Below, piece after piece: positions 40,170 to 48,881 of a stretch of DNA of 64,000 bases. The translations under genes and the position numbers were made by a program. Origin of the DNA: an uncultured Verrucomicrobiae bacterium (lineage in GTDB: Bacteria > Verrucomicrobiota > Verrucomicrobiia > Limisphaerales > Palsa-1400); the NCBI GenBank assembly GCA_963707025.1, contig CAVPOM010000018.1, positions 608,001-672,000 of the forward strand. The letters are read 5' to 3'. How positions within the stretch are numbered: position 1 is the first letter of the stretch; each line of letters begins with the position of its first letter. The notes under the pieces are model-generated. The model was not told the origin of the DNA and ran no database searches. It saw only the letters and a list, made by a program, of their open reading frames with translations.

Positions 40170-41174
40170 TCAGGCCAGGGGTTGAACGGTGATTGGGGCA
40201 GTCTCGGCGGGCGCGACGCGCAAGGGGTTGCGCAGGGCGCGGCCAAAGCCGGTCCATTCCACGACCATCACGTCGCCGTCCGCCAATGCCACGCCGTCGC
40301 CGAAGCTCAGGCAAACCGCGCCGAAATAATGGACATGCACATCGCCGGGCCGGCGGTGCCCTTCAAATTTGAAGTGGTGATGTTCCAGGTTGGCCAGGCT
40401 GTGGCACATCTCGGCCTCGCCGGTGGCGATTTCCCGGGTCCACAAGACCTGGCCGGCGCGCTCGATGGAGACGGCGCCGGGCACGGATTGGAAAGGCGCG
40501 TCAATCGTAATTTCAGGGCCGATGGAGCAGGTGCGCAGTTTGGAGCCGGCCAGGTTGAGGTAGTTGGTCTTCTCAAATTTGTGGTCGGAGAATTCGTTGC
40601 CCGGCGCCAGGCCGACGCGGCGCGGATGGCCGTCGTCCCCGATGAGGTAGAGGCCGGCCATCTCGGCTTCTTCGCCCCCGTCCCCGGCATAAGAGGGGAC
40701 GAGCAACGGCTCGTTGGGGCCGCGCAGCAGGTGGCCCGTGCCCTTGTAAAACCATTCCGGCGCGGCCCCGATTTGTCCGGGCGCAGGCCGCCCGCCCTCG
40801 ACGCCCCAGCGAAACATTTTCATGCTGTCGGTTTCTTCGGCCTGGCTGGAGCCGTGCATGGCCTGGCGGTTTTTGGCGCTGCCCAGATGAGTCAGGCCGG
40901 TGCCGGAAACCAGGCAGCGGGCCGCTTCGCCGGGATGATCCATCGGCGCGAGGAGCCGCCAGTCCGAACGCCCCGCGTAGATGGCGTCGTAGTTGAGCAG
41001 TTCGCCGATGGCGTGGCGGCGGACCAGCGCGGTCAAGGGGGTGCCGGTGCTGGCGGCCAGTTTGGCCAGGGCATAGACCGACAGGATATCCGGCAGCACG
41101 CGCAGATGCGGTTCTTCCACCAGCGCGACGCAGCGCAGCGGGCCGTTTTGCAATTGAACCAGGCGCGTGCTCAT
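40170..41174 (-). CDS. AraD1/GguC family protein (FAH-like fold; putative keto-deoxy sugar acid dehydratase/hydrolase)
   Basis: VSGTGLTHLGSA, PEWFYKG, GGEEAE.AG.Y.IG.DG, GNEFSDH, SKLR, NLEHHHFK, PGDVHVHYFG. Confidence 0.88.
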   Translation of the reverse strand: MSTRLVQLQNGPLRCVALVEEPHLRVLPDILSVYALAKLAASTGTPLTALVRRHAIGELLNYDAIYAGRSDWRLLAPMDHPGEAARCLVSGTGLTHLGSAKNRQAMHGSSQAEETDSMKMFRWGVEGGRPAPGQIGAAPEWFYKGTGHLLRGPNEPLLVPSYAGDGGEEAEMAGLYLIGDDGHPRRVGLAPGNEFSDHKFEKTNYLNLAGSKLRTCSIGPEITIDAPFQSVPGAVSIERAGQVLWTREIATGEAEMCHSLANLEHHHFKFEGHRRPGDVHVHYFGAVCLSFGDGVALADGDVMVVEWTGFGRALRNPLRVAPAETAPITVQPLA

Positions 41175-42349
41175 GCCATGACGTTGAATTGTTTAAGCTT
41201 TTCCTCGTCCACGCTCAGGCCCAGGCCGGGGAGGTTTTCGTCCAGATCAATGAAGCCGTCCCGCGCGACCGGCTCGCCTTTGAAAATGTACCAGAAAAGT
41301 TCGTTGCCCACCTCCACGTCCACGCAGGGAAAATACTCGGCCATGGGCGAGTTGAGGCTGGCCATGACCAGGTGGTAGTTGTGCATCTGGCCGGCATGAG
41401 GAATGACCGGGATGGAATGCGCTTCGGCCAGCGCCGCAATCTTGCGCGCCTGGGTCAGGCCGCCGACGCGACTGGTGTCGAACTGGATGTAGTCCACCGC
41501 GCGCGCTTCGATCAGCTCGCGAAAACCGTAAAGGGTGAATTCATGTTCGCCGCCGGCGATGGGCACGCGGCCATAGGCCTTGAGTTCCGCGTAGCCGTGG
41601 ATGTCGTCCGGAATGACCGGTTCCTCCAGCCAGCGCAGGTGGAAGGGTTCCAGGAGGGGCAGCATCCGTTTGGCGTAGTCCAGCGTCCAGCCCATGTAAG
41701 CGTCGGCCATGAGGTCCAGCCCGTCGCCCACGGCCTCGCGCACGGTGCGGATCAGGGCCAGGTTGCGCTGCATTCCTTCCGCGCCGTCCACCGGTCCCCA
41801 GCCGAAGCGCAGTTTGAGGGCCTTGTAACCTTCGTTTTTGTATTTCCTGGATTCGGCGGCCAGTTCGGCCAGCGGCGTGCTGTAGAGGCGGCTGGAATAA
41901 ACCGGGATGCGCGGTTTGGTGCGGCCTCCCAGGAGGCGATAGACCGGCTGTTTGGCCGACTGGCCCAGAATGTCCCACAGGGCGATGTCCACCGCGCTGA
42001 TGGCCACCATGCCAATGCCTTTGCGCCCAAAGGCCATCGTTTTGCGATACATGTGTTGCCAGAGAAACTCGATGTCCCAGGGGTCCGCGCCCAGGAGCAG
42101 CGGCTTGAGATAAAGGTCAATGACTTGCTTGGTCAGGCGCGGCGCCAGGGCGGCGTTGCCCAGGCCGGCCAGACCGTTGTCGGTGAAGATTTCCACGACC
42201 AGCCAGCCGTGGAAGGTGAAGGTGCCCATGGTCGCCGGGGAGAGCATGGGGGCGATGACATCCATGGGATTGGTGCAAAAATGGGGCGGCAAGGCCACGG
42301 TCTGGCCCCGCCATTCCACCACGCGGCAGCGGATTTCGGTTATTTTCAT
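41171..42349 (-). CDS. Enolase-superfamily sugar-acid dehydratase (L-rhamnonate dehydratase-like)
   Basis: AISAVDIALWD, KxR motif ALKLRF, DAYMGW, WLEEP, GEHE, QFD, IPHAGQMHNYH. Confidence 0.88.
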   Translation of the reverse strand: MKITEIRCRVVEWRGQTVALPPHFCTNPMDVIAPMLSPATMGTFTFHGWLVVEIFTDNGLAGLGNAALAPRLTKQVIDLYLKPLLLGADPWDIEFLWQHMYRKTMAFGRKGIGMVAISAVDIALWDILGQSAKQPVYRLLGGRTKPRIPVYSSRLYSTPLAELAAESRKYKNEGYKALKLRFGWGPVDGAEGMQRNLALIRTVREAVGDGLDLMADAYMGWTLDYAKRMLPLLEPFHLRWLEEPVIPDDIHGYAELKAYGRVPIAGGEHEFTLYGFRELIEARAVDYIQFDTSRVGGLTQARKIAALAEAHSIPVIPHAGQMHNYHLVMASLNSPMAEYFPCVDVEVGNELFWYIFKGEPVARDGFIDLDENLPGLGLSVDEEKLKQFNVMA

Positions 42350-42354
42350 CCCGG

Positions 42355-43638
42355 CTATTTAGCGGCAAAGCGGAGCGGTTGTAAAACGGGAATGACCAGA
42401 CAAATCAAAATAAAAGCCGCCAGGTGCAGGGAGGCGGCGATGAAGAGGATGGGGGTGTAGGTGAAACCGTGGTCGAGCAGGTAGCCGGCAAGCTGGCCGA
42501 GCACCACCCCGCCCATCGCCCCGCCAAAGCCGACCAGCCCAGCCACTTTGCCCACCGCTTCCTTGGGCACAAGGTCAGTCGGCAGCACCATGATGAGGGT
42601 GGACCAAGACTGCTGGCCAAAGAAGGCAAGACTGAAAATCGCCATGACCCAGCCGACATCCGGCAGGGATGGGATGAACATCACCCAGGGCATGAGGGCC
42701 GCGCTGGCGCCCAAGGCCCATTTGCGCGAAAAGTTGACCGAGCCGCCGCGCCGCAGCAGCCTGCTGGACAGGCCGCCGCCGCAGAGGCATCCCACCCCGG
42801 AGGCCGCGTAGGGTATCCAGCCGACGGCACCGGCCTGTTTGATGTCGAAGTGCCGGGCGGTGAGAAGATATTTCGGCAGCCAGAACAGATAGAAATACCA
42901 GGTGGCGTCGCTGAGGAATTTCGCGCCGGCCACGGCCCAAATCTCGCGGAACCGCAGCAACTCGCGCAACTGGATGACCGGTTTCTTCCAGGCCTCCGAC
43001 CCAGCGCCGCCGGCGGCTTCCCCGGGCGGGGCATAAACGGCCCACCACCAGAAAGCCCAAGCCAGGCCGAAGCTTCCAGTCAAGAAGAAGACCCAGCGCC
43101 AAGGGGCCAGGCCCAGCCAATGGACTTCCGTCAGGACCAGGGCGATCAGCGGCGGGGCGGCCAGCGCCCCCACGGCCGTGCCCCCGTTGATGATGCCCAT
43201 GGCGGTGGCCCGTTCGCGCACGGGAAACCATTCCGCCACGGCGCGGGTGGCGGCGGGAAAGCCGCCGCCTTCACCCATGCCGAGCAGCAGCCGGCAGGCC
43301 CCCAGCGCCAGCAACCCTCCCGCCAGCCCGTGGGCGGCGCAAGCCAGCGACCAGATAATCATGACCAGCAGAAATCCGCGCCGCGTGCCCAGGCGATCCA
43401 GCAGCCAGCCCCCGCCCAGATACATGCAGCCATAAGTGGCGAGGAAGGCCGAATCGAGCGTGGCCTTGGCTTGGTTGGAGATGGGGATGTCCGCGTTGAT
43501 GGCCTCAATGGCCCAGGGCAGCGTCTGCCGGTCCAGGTAGCTGATGGCGATGGCGGCGCTAATCAGGAACGCCATGCCCCAGCGCAACCCGGACCACGGC
43601 GTCTCCGCGGCGGGATGGGAAGTGCGGATGGGGATCAT
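42355..43638 (-). CDS. MFS sugar-acid transporter (ExuT/ACS-like)
   Basis: ISYLDRQTL, GEGGGFPAATRAVAEWFP, WYFYLFWLPKYL. Confidence 0.92.
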   Translation of the reverse strand: MIPIRTSHPAAETPWSGLRWGMAFLISAAIAISYLDRQTLPWAIEAINADIPISNQAKATLDSAFLATYGCMYLGGGWLLDRLGTRRGFLLVMIIWSLACAAHGLAGGLLALGACRLLLGMGEGGGFPAATRAVAEWFPVRERATAMGIINGGTAVGALAAPPLIALVLTEVHWLGLAPWRWVFFLTGSFGLAWAFWWWAVYAPPGEAAGGAGSEAWKKPVIQLRELLRFREIWAVAGAKFLSDATWYFYLFWLPKYLLTARHFDIKQAGAVGWIPYAASGVGCLCGGGLSSRLLRRGGSVNFSRKWALGASAALMPWVMFIPSLPDVGWVMAIFSLAFFGQQSWSTLIMVLPTDLVPKEAVGKVAGLVGFGGAMGGVVLGQLAGYLLDHGFTYTPILFIAASLHLAAFILICLVIPVLQPLRFAAK

Positions 43639-43738
43639 GGCCGGGCCCAAGCAAACTATAGGCGGGCGCGCCGTGTCAATCCTCCTTCGGCTCGCCACCC
43701 GCTTCGGGTTCATTCCACTTCCTTGTCCAGCCCTTCTG

Positions 43739-43822
43739 AATCTTAATCCTAATCTTAATCTCCTTCCTTCGGATGCAGATAAGGGGAAAGATTAAGATTA
43801 GGATTAGGATTAGGATTAAGAG
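43739..43822. repeat. Inverted arrays of AATCYT/ARGATT hexamers forming a long hairpin
   Basis: (aatcyt)n ... (attarg)n; a related (aagatt)4 run lies at 46867-46894. Confidence 0.8.
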
Positions 43823-43876
43823 AGGACTTGGAAACCGCCGCCCAAAAAAGCACGCCGCCCCCGGCGCGAAAGGGGC

Positions 43877-43905
43877 TTGCCAAATGAGACGGTCAAACGT
43901 AGTAT
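43877..43905 (+). promoter_or_regulatory. Sigma70 promoter, leaderless, for the AbrB-Doc TA locus
   Basis: TTGCCA-17-TAGTAT-6-ATG (43912). Confidence 0.65.
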
Positions 43906-43911
43906 TACACC

Positions 43912-44140
43912 ATGATCAAGACGATTACCAAACTCGGCAACTCGCAGGGAATCATTTTTGACTCGACCCTGATGGACATGGCCCATCTGAAGGTTGGCGA
44001 CCAGGTGAACCTTGCGATTCATGATGGCGGCACCATCTCCATCACACCATTGAATTTGGTGATTGCGGCAAAGAAGGCTTCCGCCACCTCGCGCCGGATT
44101 ATCCGCGCCAACTCGGAACTCTTCCGCCGGCTTTTCATGA
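43912..44140 (+). CDS. AbrB/MazE-type antitoxin (reads in frame into doc as assembled)
   Basis: KTITKLGNSQGIIFD..LM....LKVGDQV; ends ...ELFRRL at an ATGA junction. Confidence 0.85.
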
Positions 44141-44544
44141 GCCAGCCGCTGGCTCATCTGACCCTGGAGTCGGTCAAAGCCATTCACGCCGAGGTGCTGG
44201 CCGCGCACGGAGGCGCCGAAGGACTGAGGGACCAGGCCTTGCTGGAATCTGCTATCGGAGCACCGCAGGCGACAATGATGGGTCAGCCGGTGCTCAAGGA
44301 CGGAGTTGAAATGGCCGCGGCCTATCTCTTTTACCTTTGCTGCAATCATCCTTTCGTGGATGGAAACAAGCGGACGGCCCTGGCCGCCTGCCTGGTGTTT
44401 CTCAGCGAAAACGGCCTCTTGCCAAAGGAGAAACTGGACACAGACGCCTGGGAAGAATTAACGCTGGACGTGGCGGCGGGCCGGATGGATCGCGAGCAAA
44501 CCACCCAACGTCTGCGCAAGCTGCTGCGCAAGCCCAGGGGTTGA
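44137..44544 (+). CDS. doc: Death-on-curing (Fic/Doc) toxin
   Basis: HGGAEGLRD..LLESA, Fic motif HPFVDGNKRTA. Confidence 0.92.
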   Translation: MSQPLAHLTLESVKAIHAEVLAAHGGAEGLRDQALLESAIGAPQATMMGQPVLKDGVEMAAAYLFYLCCNHPFVDGNKRTALAACLVFLSENGLLPKEKLDTDAWEELTLDVAAGRMDREQTTQRLRKLLRKPRG

Positions 44545-44592
44545 GCTTTAAAACTTGAACGCCGCCCCACCGGAGCGTACACGTACTCCGCC

Positions 44593-45656
44593 ATGCGATT
44601 CATCGCGACTATCATTGAAAAATTGCAGCGCCACCCCAAACGGATGGTGTTCCCGGAAGGAACCGAACCGCGCGTTTTGCAGGCCGCCCGCCAGTACCAT
44701 TCCCTGCGCCTGGGCGCGCCCATTTTGCTGGGGGACCGCACCAAAATCAAGGAGGCGGCCGCGCAGTGGAATGTCTCGCTCGAAGGGGTCCGCATAATCA
44801 ACCCGGAGCAGAGCGAAGAGCTGGATATGTTCATCAAGCGCTTTGAGTTGCTGCGCCGGGTCAAGGGCGTGCAGGGCAAGGAGGCCCGCGAGGCCATGCT
44901 CAATCCCAATTTTTTCGGCGCGATGATGCTGGCCTTGCACCAGGCCGACGGCTTTGTGTCCGGCGCCAATCAAAGCTCGGGCAGCGTGCTCCGCCCGCTT
45001 TTTCAGATCGTCAAGGTCGCCCCGGAAGCCACCACCGCTTCCAGTTGCATGGTGTTGGAGGTCGAGGACACCCGCTTTGGCCACAACGGCGTGCTCTTCA
45101 TGGCCGATTGCGGCGTCATCCCCGAACCCACGGTGGAGCAGCTTTCCGACATCGCCGTCTCCACCGCGCAGTTGGCCCGGCTGCTCCTGGGGCCCGCCCG
45201 CGGGTCGCCTTGCTCTCTTACTCGACCAAAGGCAGCGCCACTCATCCGTCCATCGGCAAGGTGCAGGCCGCCACCGCCCTGGCCCAACAAAAAGCGCGCG
45301 CGCTGGATTTGGACGCCGATTTCGACGGGGAATTGCAGGTGGACGCGGCGCTGGTGCCGGAAATCGCCGTGCGCAAGCTCCCGGAAAGCCCGGTGGCCGG
45401 GCGGGCCAATGTGTTGATTTTTCCCGACCTGAACGCGGGCAATATCGGCAGCAAGCTCCTGCAACACGTGGCCAAGGCCCATGCCTACGGGCAAATCCTG
45501 CTGGGCTTGGATCGCCCGGCGGCCGATGTCTCCCGCGGTTCCAACGCCCATGACGTTCTCGGCGTCGCCGCCATCGTCGGCGTCCAGTCCATCCGCTACG
45601 ACGATCTCCATCCAGAGACAGTCCATCCCCCCTACAAAAACAAGAGCGCCGAATGA
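44593..45656 (+). CDS. pta: Phosphate acetyltransferase (frameshift near 45192)
   Basis: VFPEGTEPRVLQAA, ADCGVIPEP; then VALLSYSTKGS, DGELQVDAAL, ANVLIFPDLNAGNI in the shifted frame. Confidence 0.92.
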
Positions 45657-45708
45657 ACAGTCCAAATCCGCGGGTTGAACCGCCGCAGCCTGGGGCGGAA
45701 AGGGGCGC

Positions 45709-46818
45709 ATGAACACGGTTACGCCGCGCGTTTTTATTGCCGCCACGCGGCAGAATGACGGCAAAACCACCGTCTCCCTGGGCCTGCTGGCGGCCTTGCA
45801 GAGCGCTTATCCGCGCATCGGCTACATCAAACCGGTCGGGCAGCGCTTTGTCCAAATTGAGGAGCAGAACATTGATGAAGACACGGTGTTGATGGACCAG
45901 GTTTACCAGCTCAATTGTCCGCTGGGGGACATGAGCCCCATCGCCGTGGAGCCGGATTTCACCCGCAAGTATTTGCAATCCTCCAACAACGAGGCCCTGG
46001 TCAAAAAAATCACCAAGGCCTTCGACCGCGTCGCCTGGGAAAAGGACTTTGTGGTCTGCGAAGGGTCCGGCCACGGCGGGGTCGGCTCGGTCTTTGATTT
46101 GTCCAACGCCCAGGTTGCAAAAATCCTGGGGGCCAAAGTGATTATCATCAGCCAGGGCGGCATCGGCAAGCCCATTGATGAAGTCTATCTCAATCAGGCC
46201 GTCTTCGAGCGCGAGGGCGTGGAAATCATCGGCGTGATCTTGAACAAGGTGCTCCCGGAAAAAATGGATTTTATTTCCGAGTTCGCCCGGCGCGGCTTGA
46301 AACGCAAGGGCCTGGAACTGCTCGGCGTCGTCCCCTACCAGGGCATCTTGTCCCGCCCCACCATGGAGTTGATCCGCGAGGATTTGAAGGCGGATTGCTT
46401 GAATGCCGGCACGCCGGGTCAAAAAGTGGTGGACAGCGTGATGGTGGGAGCCATGGGCGTGCAGAATGCCATCCGCCTCTTTAAACGCGGCGTCCTGGTC
46501 ATCACCCCCGGCGACCGGGTGGATATTCTCCTGGCGGCGGCCACTTCGGCGGCGGAACCGGACCAGCCCCTGGCCGGCGTGGTGCTGACCGGCGAGTTCC
46601 ATCCCCAGGCCGCCCTGACCAGGATCATCGAAAAGCTGCCCTTCCCGGTCCTGCGTGCCTCGGAAGAAATATACGAAGTGGCTTCCGCCGTGCATAATCT
46701 CATTGTCAAGACGCGGGCGGCCGACACGGAAAAAATCTCGGTCATCCGCGACATCATCGCGACCCATGTGGATGTCAATAAAATTTTACGCGCCCTGGCC
46801 TGCTCCCTCCCGGATTGA
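45709..46818 (+). CDS. BioD-like AAA_26 + DRTGG domain protein (stand-alone Pta N-terminal module)
   Basis: ATRQNDGKTT, YIKPVGQ, EGSGH, ITPGDRVD, VVLTG. Confidence 0.88.
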   Translation: MNTVTPRVFIAATRQNDGKTTVSLGLLAALQSAYPRIGYIKPVGQRFVQIEEQNIDEDTVLMDQVYQLNCPLGDMSPIAVEPDFTRKYLQSSNNEALVKKITKAFDRVAWEKDFVVCEGSGHGGVGSVFDLSNAQVAKILGAKVIIISQGGIGKPIDEVYLNQAVFEREGVEIIGVILNKVLPEKMDFISEFARRGLKRKGLELLGVVPYQGILSRPTMELIREDLKADCLNAGTPGQKVVDSVMVGAMGVQNAIRLFKRGVLVITPGDRVDILLAAATSAAEPDQPLAGVVLTGEFHPQAALTRIIEKLPFPVLRASEEIYEVASAVHNLIVKTRAADTEKISVIRDIIATHVDVNKILRALACSLPD

Positions 46819-46899
46819 ACCGGGCGAAGCCAGGGCTGGGCGCGTTATCCAACCGGAAGTGGTCTGAAGATTAAGATTAAGATTAAGATTAAGAATAAT

Positions 46900-48007
46900 A
46901 TGAGCCTCCCTTTTTCCTTAAACCCGGCGCTGGAGAATCTGCCCGTCTATCAGCCCGGCCGCCCCATTGAGGAGGTGGCGCGCGAACTGGGCCTGCCGGC
47001 CCGCCGCATCATCAAGATGGCCTCCAACGAAAATCCGCTCGGCCCTGCCCCGGCGGCGCTGGCCGCCCTCAAAGGCGCCGCCCGACAGTTGCACCTTTAC
47101 CCCGACGGCAACGCCTTTTATTTCAAACAAAAACTGGCGGCCAAACTGGGCGTGGACACCGCCAACCTGATCCTGGGCAACGGGTCCAACGACATCCTGG
47201 AATTTATCGCCCACGCCTTGATGGGGCCGGGGGTGGAGGTGGTGATGTCGCAGGTCCTGCTTTTTGGTCTATCCGCTGGTCACGCGCCTGCTCGGGGCCA
47301 ATCCCATCGTCGTCCCCGCCCGCGATTACGGGCACGACCTGCCTGGCTTTGGCCGGGCGATTACTCCCCGGACCAAGGTGGTTTTCGTGGCCAACCCCAA
47401 CAATCCCACCGGCACCCTGGCCCAGCCGGAGGCTCTCCTCCATCTGCTCGAGCAAACTCCGCCCCAGGTGGTCATCGTGCTGGACGAGGCCTACCTCGAG
47501 TATTTGCCGCAGCCGCAGGACTTGGTCCCGCTCATTCGGCGGGCGGAAAAACCAAACCTGATTTTGCTCCGCACCTTTTCCAAAATTTACGGCCTGGCCG
47601 GCTTGCGTCTCGGTTACGGCATCGGCCATCCCGATTTCATTGCCGCCCTGGAAAAGATCCGCCAGCCCTTCAACGTCAATTCCATGGCCCAAGCCGCCGG
47701 CCTGGCCGCGCTGGACGACGAGACCCACATGCAAAAGACCCGCCAAAACAATTTTGAGGGCCTGAAATTCTTTGAAAATGCCCTGCGCCAAATGGGCGTG
47801 GAATACGTGCCCTCCTCCGCCAATTTCATTCTCCTGCGTGTGGGCGATGGGCGGCGCGTTTTTACCGAACTGCAGGCCCGGGGCATCATCGTCCGACCGA
47901 TGGAGATTTACGGATTGCCGGAGTGGCTGCGCATCTCCATCGGCCTCCCCCGCCAGAACCAGCGCTGCCTCAAGGCCCTGCAAAAAATCCTTCGCAAGAA
48001 GAAATGA
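46900..48007 (+). CDS. hisC: Histidinol-phosphate aminotransferase (frameshift near 47254)
   Basis: YQPG, KMASNENP, GNGSND; then NPNNPTG, DEAY, RTFSKIYGLAGLRLGY. Confidence 0.94.
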
Positions 48008-48153
48008 AGTGGAAGATCCGTGGCGCTGCCCCTGGCCGTCCTTGTGAACAACTCCGGAATAACATCTTAACAACAAATAATACATTTCGCTCGTGAAGGC
48101 TCCCGGACGAAACCACTATCGGCAATCACAACACAGAAAGGCGAATAGACAAA

Positions 48154-48786
48154 ATGGCGGCCGAAGAAAGAGTGCTTTGTTTTGAGCGGAAACTTCTCGA
48201 AGAGCTGGGCGTGTTTCAGGGCCTCAGCCTGGAAGCCGGCAAATACCTGCCCGTCCTCACCGCCTCTTCTCATTTGCTCTACCTGAACCGGAGCGACGCC
48301 GAACAGGACAAGCGTTACAAGCAGCTTATCCCTTACGTCCTGTTGATCTGCCATGACAAGATATTGCGATACCGGCGCGGCAAGGGCGGGCAGGAAACCC
48401 GCCTGCACGGCTTGTATTCCGTCGGCATTGGCGGACACATCTCCGAGGAAGATCATGGCCTATTCTCCAGCGACCGCGGCTACCAGGTGGGCATGCGGCG
48501 CGAACTGATGGAGGAAGCGGGCATTGATGCGGGGCAAGAGCCGGCCGTGGCCGCGATCAACGATGACAGCACCGAGGTGGGCTGCGTCCATTTTGGGGTC
48601 GTCCACGTCGTGCGCCTGCCCAACCAGAACGTGGCCGGCCGCCGCAGCGGCATCGTCGGTCCTGAATTCATCCCGATGGCCGACGCGCTGAAAGATCCGC
48701 CGGGTTACGAATCCTGGTCCCGCTTCTGCCTCGAACATCTCCCTTCCCTGCTCTCCCAATCCGCCGCTGGACAGGCCGCCGTGTAA
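48154..48786 (+). CDS. NUDIX-like phosphoesterase
   Basis: AEQDKRYKQLIPY, ETRLHG..SVGIGGHI, RELMEE, INDD..EVG.VHFG, ESWS. Confidence 0.85.
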   Translation: MAAEERVLCFERKLLEELGVFQGLSLEAGKYLPVLTASSHLLYLNRSDAEQDKRYKQLIPYVLLICHDKILRYRRGKGGQETRLHGLYSVGIGGHISEEDHGLFSSDRGYQVGMRRELMEEAGIDAGQEPAVAAINDDSTEVGCVHFGVVHVVRLPNQNVAGRRSGIVGPEFIPMADALKDPPGYESWSRFCLEHLPSLLSQSAAGQAAV

Positions 48787-48881
48787 TCCGTGGCCAGAAA
48801 TCGTAAATTCCACTTGACAACTTGGGGCGGTTTAAGAAATTGTCAGCCTTTACCCTTGACCACTTGCCTGGCCAGGCGTGG

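Noticed and set aside
43912..44544. Apparent natural AbrB-Doc antitoxin-toxin fusion (210-aa ORF)
   Set aside because: Removing one T from CTTTTCATGA gives ...RLS* with the usual ATGA overlap. Given the indel rate in this window, an artefact is more likely; reads are needed to decide.
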